Shown in pieces: positions 1 through 10,964 of a DNA stretch of 64,000 bases (position 1 is its first letter; each line of letters opens with the position of its first letter). The stretch lies in assembly GCA_048013815.1 (NCBI GenBank), contig CM106586.1:14818001-14882000 (forward strand), in the 5' to 3' direction. Origin of the DNA: Setoptus koraiensis. Taxonomy: Eukaryota; Animalia; Arthropoda. The notes below the pieces were generated by a model that saw nothing but the letters and a program-made list of their open reading frames with translations, was not told the DNA's origin and made no database searches. Made by a program: the position numbers and the translations under genes.

Positions 1-1089
1 ACCTGTCGCGTTGCCAACATTATTTGCACCAGCGTTGGTGATTGTTACATAATTCAGTACAGATGACGAGGATTTCAAGCGCATACGTTCACTCATGACA
101 AATTCGCTGAAAGTCTCACTATTAATGAATTCTATGCCTTTCCAATAATCTGATGTCAATTCCGCACCATTATTGCCAGAAAACAACTTTCTTGTGCACC
201 TTATACCGATATCTGAATGGTAATCGCAGATGCCACTGCCCGAGCGTGCCTTACTCCATTGATCACATTGATTAATGGAACTTTCATGGCCTGAACATTG
301 TGGCGATTGCAGCATTAACTGTAGAGACTCATTTCTCTTCTCGAACCATTTATACCAAAGGCCTTCTGTATAACCTAGTTGATTGCATAGCACTTTTATA
401 TCAGTTGTTGTTAAATTTTTAGAATTGGTACACATAGAATGCCATCGGTTGTTGAATCTAATCTGTACACGGCCTTCGTTGGGTGCAGAGCCATCAACCA
501 ATCTAACAAACTGCTTGTAGTTAGCATTATTTTGAGATCTTCGATTAACAATAGATGATTGTGGAGACTTGAGTAGGTCCATTCTTATTCTTTCATCTGG
601 CGCGCCTATAGCTTCAAGTGTTCCATAGACAATAATACCTTTGGTTGGTGCGAAAAAAATTTCAACTCCAGGTTGTATGGTGAGCTTGGACTTTTTGTGA
701 ATAATGATGTCGGTTTTAATAACAATAGGATTGAATTGCTTCGTTATTGTAACATTGCTATCTCTAATAATGCCCCCTCCTCTTTCAATAATTGAGGGCC
801 TCTGGTGGTTTGTGTTCAATGCATTCTGACCACTATTGATAGCACTATCGGCTGGGCCGATGAACATGTTGCTCAATAGCGCAATGAAGATAATTAATAT
901 ACTTGTCTCAATGAATTTAATAGTATTTGAGACCTTTTTTAGCGATTTATTTCTTCTAGTCGAATCCTCCATGACCATAAATTTTCGCCTCGTTTTTGGT
1001 TTAATGAACATGCGAACAGGTGGTGGTGCAGGTGGTAAGATGTAATTCATCTTTGTAAGATGATCTCTATCAATATAAATGAGATCCAT
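1..1089 (-). CDS. bark: Protein bark beetle/anakonda-like (SRCR domain + beta-helix repeats), 5' part; runs off the window edge
   Basis: Hand translation from ATG 1089 is open to base 1 (363 codons; absent from the ORF track because there is no stop in the window). Hydrophobic segment SILIIFIALLSNMFIG, beta-helix-like IIIHKKSKLTIQPGVEIFFAPTKGIIVYGTLEAIG, SRCR VRLVDGSAPNEGRVQIRFNNRWHSMC...VLCNQLGY...CSGHESSINQC...CDYHSDIGIRC, then YWKGIEF. Confidence 0.8.
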   Translation of the reverse strand, partial: MDLIYIDRDHLTKMNYILPPAPPPVRMFIKPKTRRKFMVMEDSTRRNKSLKKVSNTIKFIETSILIIFIALLSNMFIGPADSAINSGQNALNTNHQRPSIIERGGGIIRDSNVTITKQFNPIVIKTDIIIHKKSKLTIQPGVEIFFAPTKGIIVYGTLEAIGAPDERIRMDLLKSPQSSIVNRRSQNNANYKQFVRLVDGSAPNEGRVQIRFNNRWHSMCTNSKNLTTTDIKVLCNQLGYTEGLWYKWFEKRNESLQLMLQSPQCSGHESSINQCDQWSKARSGSGICDYHSDIGIRCTRKLFSGNNGAELTSDYWKGIEFINSETFSEFVMSERMRLKSSSSVLNYVTITNAGANNVGNATG

Positions 1090-2662
1090 GATAGTTTGGT
1101 TGGTAAAATAGCAACCAACTAATTGCGTTGGTCTTGCGCCAATGTGAAAGTTAGTTTTGGATAACAATTAGCAACCGTTGGCTACATGTGTAATTATATT
1201 CATTTGTTGCTTCTTTTGTAAGTGTTACTTTTCGTTGGCTAAATAAATTCAAGATATCTGATCATACCTGTTAGTGTCGCAGTGTTTGTATGTGTATGTG
1301 TGTGTGTTTTTATATGGAACAATATCAAAAGATATATTAATACTCGCTGTTAAAATGATTAAATGGCAGTGAGAATATCATCATGATTTATATCAATCAC
1401 GTCATTTGGTAAGTAGGAAATTCCAATGAATCAATTATGTTGTTATTAGTCATCATGTAGTTGGTTTTGGTGGCAATGATGTGATCTGAGTAGATAGGCT
1501 TGATGACCAAAAAAGTATCTTCAATTGTGGCAATGATCATTGTTGCAATAAATTAATGGTTTCTATGTATGAAAATGGTAGCAGCGTCAATCTGATTGTT
1601 CTCAATTATTGTTTTTGTTTCTACAAAGTATCTTTGGACGCGATGTGTGTGTGTATTTTGTTATCAAGATGGATGGATCATTAAGGACGGGAGGTTACAT
1701 ATAGTGGTCACATTATCGGTTATGAAGTTGCTAATTGATTGGCATTATTATTATTGTTAGCTTTGTTAACCACTGTTGGTGGATTTGCCTGATCTAGACA
1801 CACGCACTATGTTATAGGCACGCACAAAGCCACTGGCAGTGTGACAAGTGTATGTATCATTTATTGCTCTTGTAGTTGTCGAATCCAAACTATTAGCTAC
1901 TGTTGTAATGATGCTCTGATTACATACATTGCAACAGTATGTTATGTGCTGTAGATCCGTTAATAACAGTGCATCATGAGCAGCCAATTTCTATTATTAC
2001 GAGTCTCTTTCATAGTGATGTTGATCTAATTGATGATATGATAAATCTTGTGTATGTATAGTAGCAGTGTTTGCTGATAACAATAACTGTTTGCTCGGCA
2101 ATTTATTTATGTAGTCCGTCAGCCATCAGCAGTCGTTAGTTGGATAGTGCCAACCTCTGAAGCTGTTTTGTCTCCAAATCATCAATGAACCCGTCCGACT
2201 GTCATCTTGCTAAAACGCCAACTGATAGATGATAATGTGACTCTCGTCCTATGCTGGTCTAATAAAAATGAATTTATCTATGCTAACTGGCGTTGTCAAT
2301 TCAAAGTTGTCCCAATAATATAAAAATGGATTCCGTCGAATAATATAGAGGCAAGAAACAAAAACAACTCACGGTCTTGTGTGGAACGAAATGGCATTGC
2401 ATCAAAGAGAATTTTGTGCAAATTCCAACAAAACAGAGCGAATCGAATAATCACTTGATGCTCAATGTGCACACACTCGACCCGCACAGAGTGTCCCATT
2501 GACACTGGTTTCGTGTTCAACTTATCGCTTCACCGATTTTATAACAATACTTTTTGAGCGCAACGCCCAGCGATGCATTGCTGTGTGTGTGTCTGCGTGT
2601 GTAGTTCAGGCAGGTATTCTCCTCTGCTTTTTTGCCAGTGTCTGTGCTGGTGTGCCTATATC

Positions 2663-2663
<1 letters not shown>

Positions 2664-2701
<38 letters not shown>
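2664..2701. repeat. (CA)n microsatellite
   Basis: Uninterrupted AC dinucleotide run of ~38 nt. Confidence 0.95.
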
Positions 2702-2703
<2 letters not shown>

Positions 2704-4094
2704 TCTTTGGTTGCACTAAACACACACAGCTTCATCATTTTTGGTCATCATAGCGACGTGCACACATCGCTCTATGCCGTGTCCCTCTCACAATTCTAAA
2801 ATTGTGTCTGTGTGTGTTGAATGCGTACAATGATGAATAAGGATTCCTTTGCGTGGCAATAGGATTTTACAGCCATTATACACACATGTATACCAGGCCG
2901 TTCATGATGGCTCCAGCTCTGTTGCTGGCTGGCGCCATGTAGACGAGCACAACAAGACACTTGTTTCTCTCTCCCCGGGAGATCACTATGAAACTTGGAT
3001 AATTGGTGGGAGCATAACAGGGAGATCATGTAACCGAACAACTGTAACTAAGCGTAAATGTAGCATAAATTCCTTGTGGTTGCCCAGCAGCACAGGTGGC
3101 TGATTGCGATGCACAGAACAACTCATGTATACAACTGTGCGCCTCTAGAATTATTATGTAAGAATGGTTCACTGGACCGCACTGTTACGCTTGCAGCTAA
3201 AACTTTTGTGTATGCTTTTGTTACGCTACAGGACGCTTTGCCATAACTTTAACCACACACATCATTATATTTGTTATTATTGCATAACATACCTGCGTTG
3301 CATCAATTCATTGGTGTACTGGACTACTGGCTGCTGTACCATCTCGAGATGCTATCTCGTTTGTGCGAATCGCCAGCCATTGCTAACTTTAGACCTGACA
3401 GCTCGACAGAAAGCCTAAACAATCCGTTCCAGTGTTAATGTTTTAGTCGCATCATTTGCATGTTCTTTTCTTATGATTTTTCCACTCACACACACACACA
3501 AACCTGTCCTCAGTTAGATCATGGTCATCATGACCAGTATCATGGACCGAACTTCTTGCGAATACGTGCCCTTATGAAGCTCACGAGCTGCCATATACTA
3601 CTTTCTTTGTGTTTGTGCAACTGACCAACTACCTGTTCGGCTTCTGTGAACAGAGAATGGTTGAAATTTGACAGTGACCATTGTCAGGTTACAGTTAGAA
3701 AATGCGAAAAGTTTTACGTGTTGATGTTATGTGCATGACATTCTTGTAGAAAATTTTGCACTAACAAGTAGGATCCTAAAGGCTCGAGATCCATGAATAG
3801 TGCAATCATTTTTCGAATAACACTAAATGGTTCTGTGTTTTTGTGAGATCAATGCACAGCCCTTACATTATTTTTGAATTGAAAGACTGAATTCTGCGCT
3901 GCACACGGCACGAAATTTCGCACATTTCAACCCAAGACATTCAGGCGGTTTCATTGTGTACATTGTTATCACTTGTTGAACGGTCAAGATTCGCATCAAC
4001 ACCATGGCTCGATATTAATTGTCACATTACTAGAAGGAAATACATTGTCAGACATTCAAAAGTCTTTAATAGTTTATTATAATAATGAAACAAC

Positions 4095-5210
4095 ATGGGA
4101 AAGACATCGCTTAAATCAATTTTACAAGAATTCCTAAATAGATTTGCCCATCTTGAGTCACAGTTGACAGGCCCACCAACCAAAGACGATGGATACTTTA
4201 GAGAGTTTCAAACGTTAAAGGAATTATCGGAGACCCTAAAGAAAGACAAATCGAAAGTTTGTGAAGGCGAACGAGAAATTAATATTAGGAAAAATAGATA
4301 CATAGATATATTGCCATTTGATGGTACAAGAGTTATACTCAATGAATTTCCAGGCATCCCAGGCAGTGATTATATCAATGCAAATTATATTCGTGGACCA
4401 TCTGGTTTTGCAAAAGCTTATATTGCTTGTCAGGGGCCCTTGCAAGGAACTTTAAATGACTTCTGGAGAATGATCTGGGAATGTGATGTCTCAGTCATTA
4501 TAATGGCATGCAATGAACACGAATCAGGTAAATTGAAATGTGAATGCTATTGGCCCGAGCAGAGTGATATAAGTCAACAATATGGAATAATAGAAGTGAC
4601 TTTAGTAAAAATTCGTCAAATTTGTCCAGACTTTTTAGTTAGAAAATTCTGTTTAAGAACAATTGAGGATAGACAAGAAAGAATTGTTTGTCAATTTCAT
4701 TACACCACCTGGCCTGATCATGGAGTGCCCGATTCAGTGCAGCCAATTCTAGAGCTGGTACGCCTCGTTAGAGATGTTCAATCATCTGAAGATAGACCAA
4801 TATTAGTGCATTGTAGTGCCGGATGTGGTCGTACAGGAACCATTTGTGGTATCGATTTCGTATTTGGACTACTGCGTCGTGGCAAACTTGACCAATCGTT
4901 TAGCCTACATCGGGTTATCACCGACATGCGCCTACAGAGAGTGGCTATGGTTCAAACTCTGGATCAATATATACTCTGTCATCGTGCAGTAGCTGCTCTG
5001 TTCAAACAGCAGTTGCGTATTATCGATGATCACATCTACGAGAATCTCAATGATGAAGGTAAGTGTGTACTTTTATTAGATAATTTTATATTTTACCTAT
5101 TTCTTCTTATGAATGCAAACTAATAGATATAGTGTCTTTAACAATACCCTACAGGTGAACCTTTCTCAACTTTACTAGAGGACAATGAAATAGGTCCAGT
5201 ATTTATCTAA
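4095..5210 (+). CDS. Non-receptor tyrosine phosphatase, PTP-PEST (PTPN12/18/22) subfamily; exons 4095-5058, 5155-5210 (~340 aa)
   Basis: KNRYIDILPFD, DYINANY, YIACQGPL, WPDHGVP, VHCSAGCGRTG and VQTLDQY motifs, plus a PEST-type N-terminal helix. GTAAGT donor at 5059 and TACAG acceptor at 5154 keep frame to TAA 5208-5210. Confidence 0.9.
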
Positions 5211-5240
5211 AACTTGATATTGGTCTTTTTGATTTCAATC

Positions 5241-8200
5241 TCAGTCAATGGTCTGGTCAGGCGCTTCATATTTGTAAGGCACAGTTGTATCACATCCTGG
5301 TCTCTCTTGTTGTAATGTATCATGAGCTATAGAGTTAACCATTCCAACGGGTAAAAACATCATCTTCTGGTCTACGGCTTGCTGGATCTTTTCACACCAT
5401 TTAGCTCGATCGTTGGGGGACTGGGCGCCGAGTTCGTACATACGAGGATCTCCTTTTCCAGTTTGTAGAAGATAGAAGGCATTCCCATCTGTAGCTATAT
5501 TGCGTGTTTCCAAATCCTTGTCTACATCAAATATAGGCGACAAAGTTAAAGGTTTTGAACCATCTTGAGAAAAATGTCTCAACTTAAATTTATCTTGGCT
5601 ATCTTTCGTTAAAATAACTAGATAATCTGTCATGAGTAAAACGTGTACATCCACAACCCTATTCCTTAACCTCAGCGCTAGAGGTCCATCGTGTAACAGA
5701 TTTTGATTACTAATATCCATTGATGATAGATTGGCAGGTTTGTTATGCGCCGACGTAACACCTCCCTCATACTCTCTGTTATCTCGCTTAACAGGTTTGT
5801 CTGTTCTTCGCCAAATCTCTAAGAGTCTATGCTGAGATACTGACATCTTAACAGCGTCATCAACGTGGACAAGTATTTCTTTACTCCTATCTAGTGCCTC
5901 TTTAATATTATCATGTTCGATACCATATTTTTCTTTTGGTGTTGCTTTTAAAAGATTTTCCAACAATAACGGATATTTTGTTAGCCGCTGAAAGCATGAC
6001 GCAAGCAGATCTTTTATGCCCAATCGTCCTATTGAGGGCTGATTACCCGCTTGTGCTAAAAAGTCAGCAGCTTTAGAATCCCTTCTGGTCAATTTATTCA
6101 AAACTTCAGAATTTGTTGCTTGGCACGCACAAAATTCGCACGATGCTTGTTCTAGTTGCTTTCCGGTGTCACTGAGGAAGACCTGGATTAATACTTTGCC
6201 TAGAAGGGGCTCTGAGCAAGGCGCAACTGCAGGTCTATCTGCAGTTGATCGATTGTTGTTTCGTGCAGAAATCAAAGTCCGATAGATTGTTTTGTGGATC
6301 TTATATAGTCGTTTGTGACAGGAAAATACAGCATTTGATTGTTCTGGTGTCATCATAGACTCTTTAACTAAAGGCTTATAGAACAAATCATCCAAATGCT
6401 TGAGTCGGCCTACATGGGCTCTTTCTGTCTCTAATAACTCTTTGATTATCTCTAATCTTTTTGTCGTTGATTTTTGTTTACTTATTGGCGGTTGCGACTG
6501 CGGTGGTTGCTGTATGGTTACATTATTATTACTACTAGTTGAATTAGGGTCGAATATATTCGATTGACTATCAGTGTTGTTGTTATTGTTTGGTCCAGAT
6601 AAATTTAAATTATCTGTCTGACTTGAAGTTTGAGATTGTGCGCCGACGGAATTCGTTGAAAGGTTTTGTAAGCTGTTGGTTGATGAGCTTGTAGGTATCA
6701 TTATATTATCATCACAAAATGACAATAAATCCTCGCTGGATTGACAGTTCTTGCTTGATAATATTTTAGTGTCACTTTTCTGAGACTTGTTTGTGTTATT
6801 TGTAGTCGGCGACACGGTTGTTTCGAGATTTGTATCGTAGTACTCAAGCCATGTTGAATCCTGGTCGCAATCAGTGAGACTGCTACTAGATGAAGAGGAA
6901 GATAATGATGCTGAAGCTGGCTGAGCTGTTATCTTGAGAGATTTGAAATCTTCGACTAGTCTTGATTTGAAGTTACGAGGTCTGTATCTAGATCTGGTTG
7001 ACATCTTGCTGGCACGCGATGTAGAGTTACTATTGTTCTTTGTAGTATCTATACAAGCAGTTTCACTGGCCTTCTTTAAACACCATCGATGGGAATAAAC
7101 TTCGCAAGAACTACATGCGTAACTGAACCAAGCAAATAATGGCAATCCACACCCATTACAAAACAATATGGCGGTATCACAACATGACATGAAGTTATGG
7201 CCATTCAGTTCGAACCTATCATTTATCGAGGACTGGTGATTTAGCGAGGCACTACTTGAGTTTGTCTGTTTCAAGCTACCTCCGGTGCTACTCTGAAGTA
7301 AATTCTGCAATGGATGAAGATGGTACGATCCCGAGGCACTTGTTGCACTTTCAACAATATAGTTAGTATTTGTCGAGTTCAAACCATTAGAAGATGCTGG
7401 TAATGATTTGTGACGTTTGTGAGGCTGGTTATTTGACGATTTGTGTGGGGCTAAGTTGGATGTGCCTCCTGTTGCTTGAAGTCCGCCAGGCTCAACACTT
7501 GAGGCGCAACGTCTAGTGGAAGGGTAGTTGGTGGACAAGAAGGTGTCAATATTTCCAGTCACAAGAAGTTGCTGATTAAAGGCCATTCTCAATATTGTTG
7601 CAAATGATGTTATCTGCGCCAACAATGATATAAAATCACGGGCAGGTTCCTCATCTTTGGTTGATACAACGGTCAGCATGACTTGCTCTATTTTGGCAAC
7701 TAGAAGATTAACAGCGTCTGACAATGATACCACCTCTAGTGTAGAATTCCGACCACCTGATGTAGCTACGCTTGATGCTATACTGATGGTGTCACCACAG
7801 TTGCTTGCCGCAGAACTCGAGTTTACAAGCGACGACATCATTGACAAGTTCGATCCACGTTGAGTAAAACCACTGTCAACGGAATTAAGAGTATTTGTGG
7901 TATTTGTATAACTCTGATTGGGATTTGAAGATAGTTTGCTAACAACTATGTCACACAATATTCCCACAATAGCTGTTGAACCAGCGGTTGTAGTTGAATT
8001 GATGACACGATCTCTAAGATTATCCCTGGCAAGGTGCTGCTCGAAATCTTCAATCTGAGCCTTGATTACTTCCGATGTTTGCTTTGACACATTTTCAAAG
8101 ATATGGACTATTGATTGCATATATTCAGTTGAGTTCTTCAGCACAGTGTTGCTAGTGCTATTAGAAGATTGTTCAGTATTGGATGAGTTGGATAGTGTGT

Positions 8201-9617
8201 GAAGTAGAGTTGTGGGGTTGGAAGGATTTGAATTGTGATGGTTTGATGATGGCACTATCAATGCAGGCGAAGATGTAACAAGTAACGAGCTACAAATTGG
8301 AGATTGATTGTTGATTACGTCCGCAATCTTGTCCAGCTTCTTTGAATCAAACTGCAGGAATGCTAATGGGGCGTGTGGTATGAGGAATGTTGAAAATATT
8401 TCAAAAGCCCATCTCTTTACTAAACTTAGTTCGCGTTTATTGCAACGGGTCGAGAGCATCTCGGCAGCTTTAGCTCTGTACAGTTCTGCAATAACGAAAA
8501 ACAAGGTTGGATGTGTTGAGTGGCGTTGAGTTGTCAGGGAATAATGAAAAAATTGCAGTAGTGTTAATTTAATATCTTGATGTCTAATTTCAGTGTTTCT
8601 GGTTATCAATTCCGAGAATAAATTTTCTATTGCATGCCAAACTAGAAGGTCAGTATTGAATTGATTCGAACTAACTTGCTGCTGCTGGTGATGTAATATT
8701 TCTGAGTTAGCTTTGACAAATACAGGGTTCTGATGTGGATGTCCAGAAAATGACCCACTTGGCACCTTTTGACAAGCAACTAGCAACGGATTTGGTCTGC
8801 TAATGACGGGTTTTGAATTAGTATTGTTCATAAGATGATGTAGATTGTGGTTGTGGCAATCGTTTTCAATATTGAACAACCTGGGTGAGGTAATACTGGG
8901 ACATGTCTGGCTATTGATGCTACCCACTGTTGTTATTGTTGGTGAATAACTGGTATGATTGAATGAGCTATTGTTACTCGACAAATTATTTACTGTACTG
9001 ATGATCGATTGGTTGATTTGCGAATGTGTATTAGCAGAATTAGCCCTTGCATTAGCCATATCTTGATTGCCTTGCTGATACCGTTGTTGGTTTTGGGACG
9101 GAATCTGTTGCATCAAATGATGATTAATGAGAGAAGACGGTGGTGGGCTCACTGCAGTTTGTGGCCCCATGGGAGAACATGTTGATTGAGGCTGTAAATT
9201 AATATGGCTTTGTTGTGGGTAAACATTAAGATTGGTTGATGATGCCCGGAGAGCTGCTGATCCAAGTAGTGAGCGGCCTATTAAGGGAGCATCCACGGGC
9301 GAATGCAAGGTTAGATTAACAAATGTCGTGGATGTCTGTATCTTCCCAACAACTGTCTTATGATCCAAGGATTTAACAAGTGTGCCATTGACTTTTATGA
9401 TTAAATCTCCTTTTCTGACGTTGGCCCTCCATGCAGCGCCATTTTCATGAACATAATCAACAAATACGGGATTTTGACCACCGACACGCAATCCGAAACC
9501 ATTTTCATCACGATGTATGATTACTGATTTTTCAAGCCACCTTGTTGGTTGTAGTTGCTGGTCTATTATATTCAATTGCTCGTCAGCCAATGGATCGCAA
9601 AGATTTGCTGCCGCCAT
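5241..9617 (-). CDS. RhoGEF2: RhoGEF2 / ARHGEF11-12-like guanine nucleotide exchange factor (PDZ, RGS-like, C1, DH, PH), intronless 1458 aa
   Basis: PDZ GFGLRV...GAAWRANVRKGDLIIKVNG; RGS-like region; C1 GHNF...CNGC...CSSC...HRWC; DH IIKELLETERAHV...FQRLTKYPLLLENLLKAT; PH LLHDGPL...VLLMTDYLVIL...WCEKIQQA. Confidence 0.92.
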   Translation of the reverse strand: MAAANLCDPLADEQLNIIDQQLQPTRWLEKSVIIHRDENGFGLRVGGQNPVFVDYVHENGAAWRANVRKGDLIIKVNGTLVKSLDHKTVVGKIQTSTTFVNLTLHSPVDAPLIGRSLLGSAALRASSTNLNVYPQQSHINLQPQSTCSPMGPQTAVSPPPSSLINHHLMQQIPSQNQQRYQQGNQDMANARANSANTHSQINQSIISTVNNLSSNNSSFNHTSYSPTITTVGSINSQTCPSITSPRLFNIENDCHNHNLHHLMNNTNSKPVISRPNPLLVACQKVPSGSFSGHPHQNPVFVKANSEILHHQQQQVSSNQFNTDLLVWHAIENLFSELITRNTEIRHQDIKLTLLQFFHYSLTTQRHSTHPTLFFVIAELYRAKAAEMLSTRCNKRELSLVKRWAFEIFSTFLIPHAPLAFLQFDSKKLDKIADVINNQSPICSSLLVTSSPALIVPSSNHHNSNPSNPTTLLHTLSNSSNTEQSSNSTSNTVLKNSTEYMQSIVHIFENVSKQTSEVIKAQIEDFEQHLARDNLRDRVINSTTTAGSTAIVGILCDIVVSKLSSNPNQSYTNTTNTLNSVDSGFTQRGSNLSMMSSLVNSSSAASNCGDTISIASSVATSGGRNSTLEVVSLSDAVNLLVAKIEQVMLTVVSTKDEEPARDFISLLAQITSFATILRMAFNQQLLVTGNIDTFLSTNYPSTRRCASSVEPGGLQATGGTSNLAPHKSSNNQPHKRHKSLPASSNGLNSTNTNYIVESATSASGSYHLHPLQNLLQSSTGGSLKQTNSSSASLNHQSSINDRFELNGHNFMSCCDTAILFCNGCGLPLFAWFSYACSSCEVYSHRWCLKKASETACIDTTKNNSNSTSRASKMSTRSRYRPRNFKSRLVEDFKSLKITAQPASASLSSSSSSSSLTDCDQDSTWLEYYDTNLETTVSPTTNNTNKSQKSDTKILSSKNCQSSEDLLSFCDDNIMIPTSSSTNSLQNLSTNSVGAQSQTSSQTDNLNLSGPNNNNNTDSQSNIFDPNSTSSNNNVTIQQPPQSQPPISKQKSTTKRLEIIKELLETERAHVGRLKHLDDLFYKPLVKESMMTPEQSNAVFSCHKRLYKIHKTIYRTLISARNNNRSTADRPAVAPCSEPLLGKVLIQVFLSDTGKQLEQASCEFCACQATNSEVLNKLTRRDSKAADFLAQAGNQPSIGRLGIKDLLASCFQRLTKYPLLLENLLKATPKEKYGIEHDNIKEALDRSKEILVHVDDAVKMSVSQHRLLEIWRRTDKPVKRDNREYEGGVTSAHNKPANLSSMDISNQNLLHDGPLALRLRNRVVDVHVLLMTDYLVILTKDSQDKFKLRHFSQDGSKPLTLSPIFDVDKDLETRNIATDGNAFYLLQTGKGDPRMYELGAQSPNDRAKWCEKIQQAVDQKMMFLPVGMVNSIAHDTLQQERPGCDTTVPYKYEAPDQTID

Positions 9618-10079
9618 AGTGCTGGCTGAAGTATTAATAATAATTATGGCAACTCTGTATACGATGCTTCAATTTTAATAATAATAAAAATTCACCATCT
9701 AGATGATTGTTATGATAATGATGGAGTTTAAAGAAATATAAATACATTCATTTAGGTAGTATATCGTCATAGTATGTACGTATGTATGTAATAATATTTG
9801 CTTTGATCATATGTATGTAAAGGCAATTTTTTATTAATAATAATAATATAATAATCTATTCAATTTTATTTGTGTCAAATTGACACTGTCAGTGATAGCA
9901 CCTGTAGAATAACACTGACCTGTGTGCTTCTCTATGTACAAGAGTGATCAAAATCTGATCATCAGAATTTGAAAAGATAACTTGAAGTAATTGACAGAAG
10001 AGGGCGCTTCATTCGGAAAAATGAGCACCTGAATCCATTTACAACCCTTTTCCTTGTTCAAATACAGCTGATGAAGCAT

Positions 10080-10964
10080 TCAGTCTTCGTCAGCCTCATC
10101 ACTATCTTCAACTACTTTTAATTGCTTACTTGCTCTTGTTTTTCGTCTACCGAATTCTGGATCACTATCATCGGAGTCATTCTGATCATCAGCTTCGGAA
10201 TCACTATCGTCGTCGCTGTCGACAAATTGACGCGAAGACCCACTTGTGCCACGTCTCCAGGCCTCTCGTTTAATGGCCGACAATGACACACCACCTTCGT
10301 CGTCCTCCTCTTCATAATCCCCTTCAAGATAAGAAGCTGTAGGTCCTTTAGTTTGAGATCTTTCCTGAACTCGGCGGGCTTTTGTTTCCCTCCTGAGTGA
10401 GGCCTTTAGTCTGTCTTCCTCTTTTTTACCGAGTTCGTTCAATCGAGCTTCGGGATCTTGACCGACATTGTGTAATAGGCGAATTTTTTGAGTTTTCTGA
10501 CTACGGTCCGCCAATGAGAGAGTCAATTTGCGGTGAGTAAACGATTCGGTTGAATGGGGTCTGAATGTGAAACAGTTATCGAAAACCGCTTGCCCTTGTA
10601 ACCCTGTGCCTTGCCGAACGAAAATATGATATTTTTTGCCACCAACGGAGTGCTTAATAATATCAAATATCTCCGTTCCGAGATGGAGAGATAAACTTCC
10701 ATCAGACCATTCTACAATGTTGGCATTACTTTCTTTCTTCTCAGTTCCATCGGGATTCTTGACATTCCTCCAACGAATTGTATTTTCCACTCTTAGTTTT
10801 AATCTAGCTCGACCTTCGTCATCCAGTATTTCATCATCTTCTATATCGTCTTCGTACCAACTTGGGTCATAAGGATGAGGATCAATACTCAGGAAATTCG
10901 GCAAGCTGACGTAGGCTTGCTCCGTCCCCACATTTAGACATATTCTCGGTATCTCGCATTCCAT
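10080..10964 (-). CDS. Leo1: RNA polymerase II-associated PAF1 complex subunit Leo1 (short, 294 aa)
   Basis: EIPRI...VSLPNFLSIDPHPYDP...DEEGRARLKLRVENTIRWR...SNANIVEWSDGSLSLHLG...FRPHSTESFTHRKLTLSLADRS, with an acidic tail. Confidence 0.93.
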   Translation of the reverse strand: MECEIPRICLNVGTEQAYVSLPNFLSIDPHPYDPSWYEDDIEDDEILDDEGRARLKLRVENTIRWRNVKNPDGTEKKESNANIVEWSDGSLSLHLGTEIFDIIKHSVGGKKYHIFVRQGTGLQGQAVFDNCFTFRPHSTESFTHRKLTLSLADRSQKTQKIRLLHNVGQDPEARLNELGKKEEDRLKASLRRETKARRVQERSQTKGPTASYLEGDYEEEDDEGGVSLSAIKREAWRRGTSGSSRQFVDSDDDSDSEADDQNDSDDSDPEFGRRKTRASKQLKVVEDSDEADED

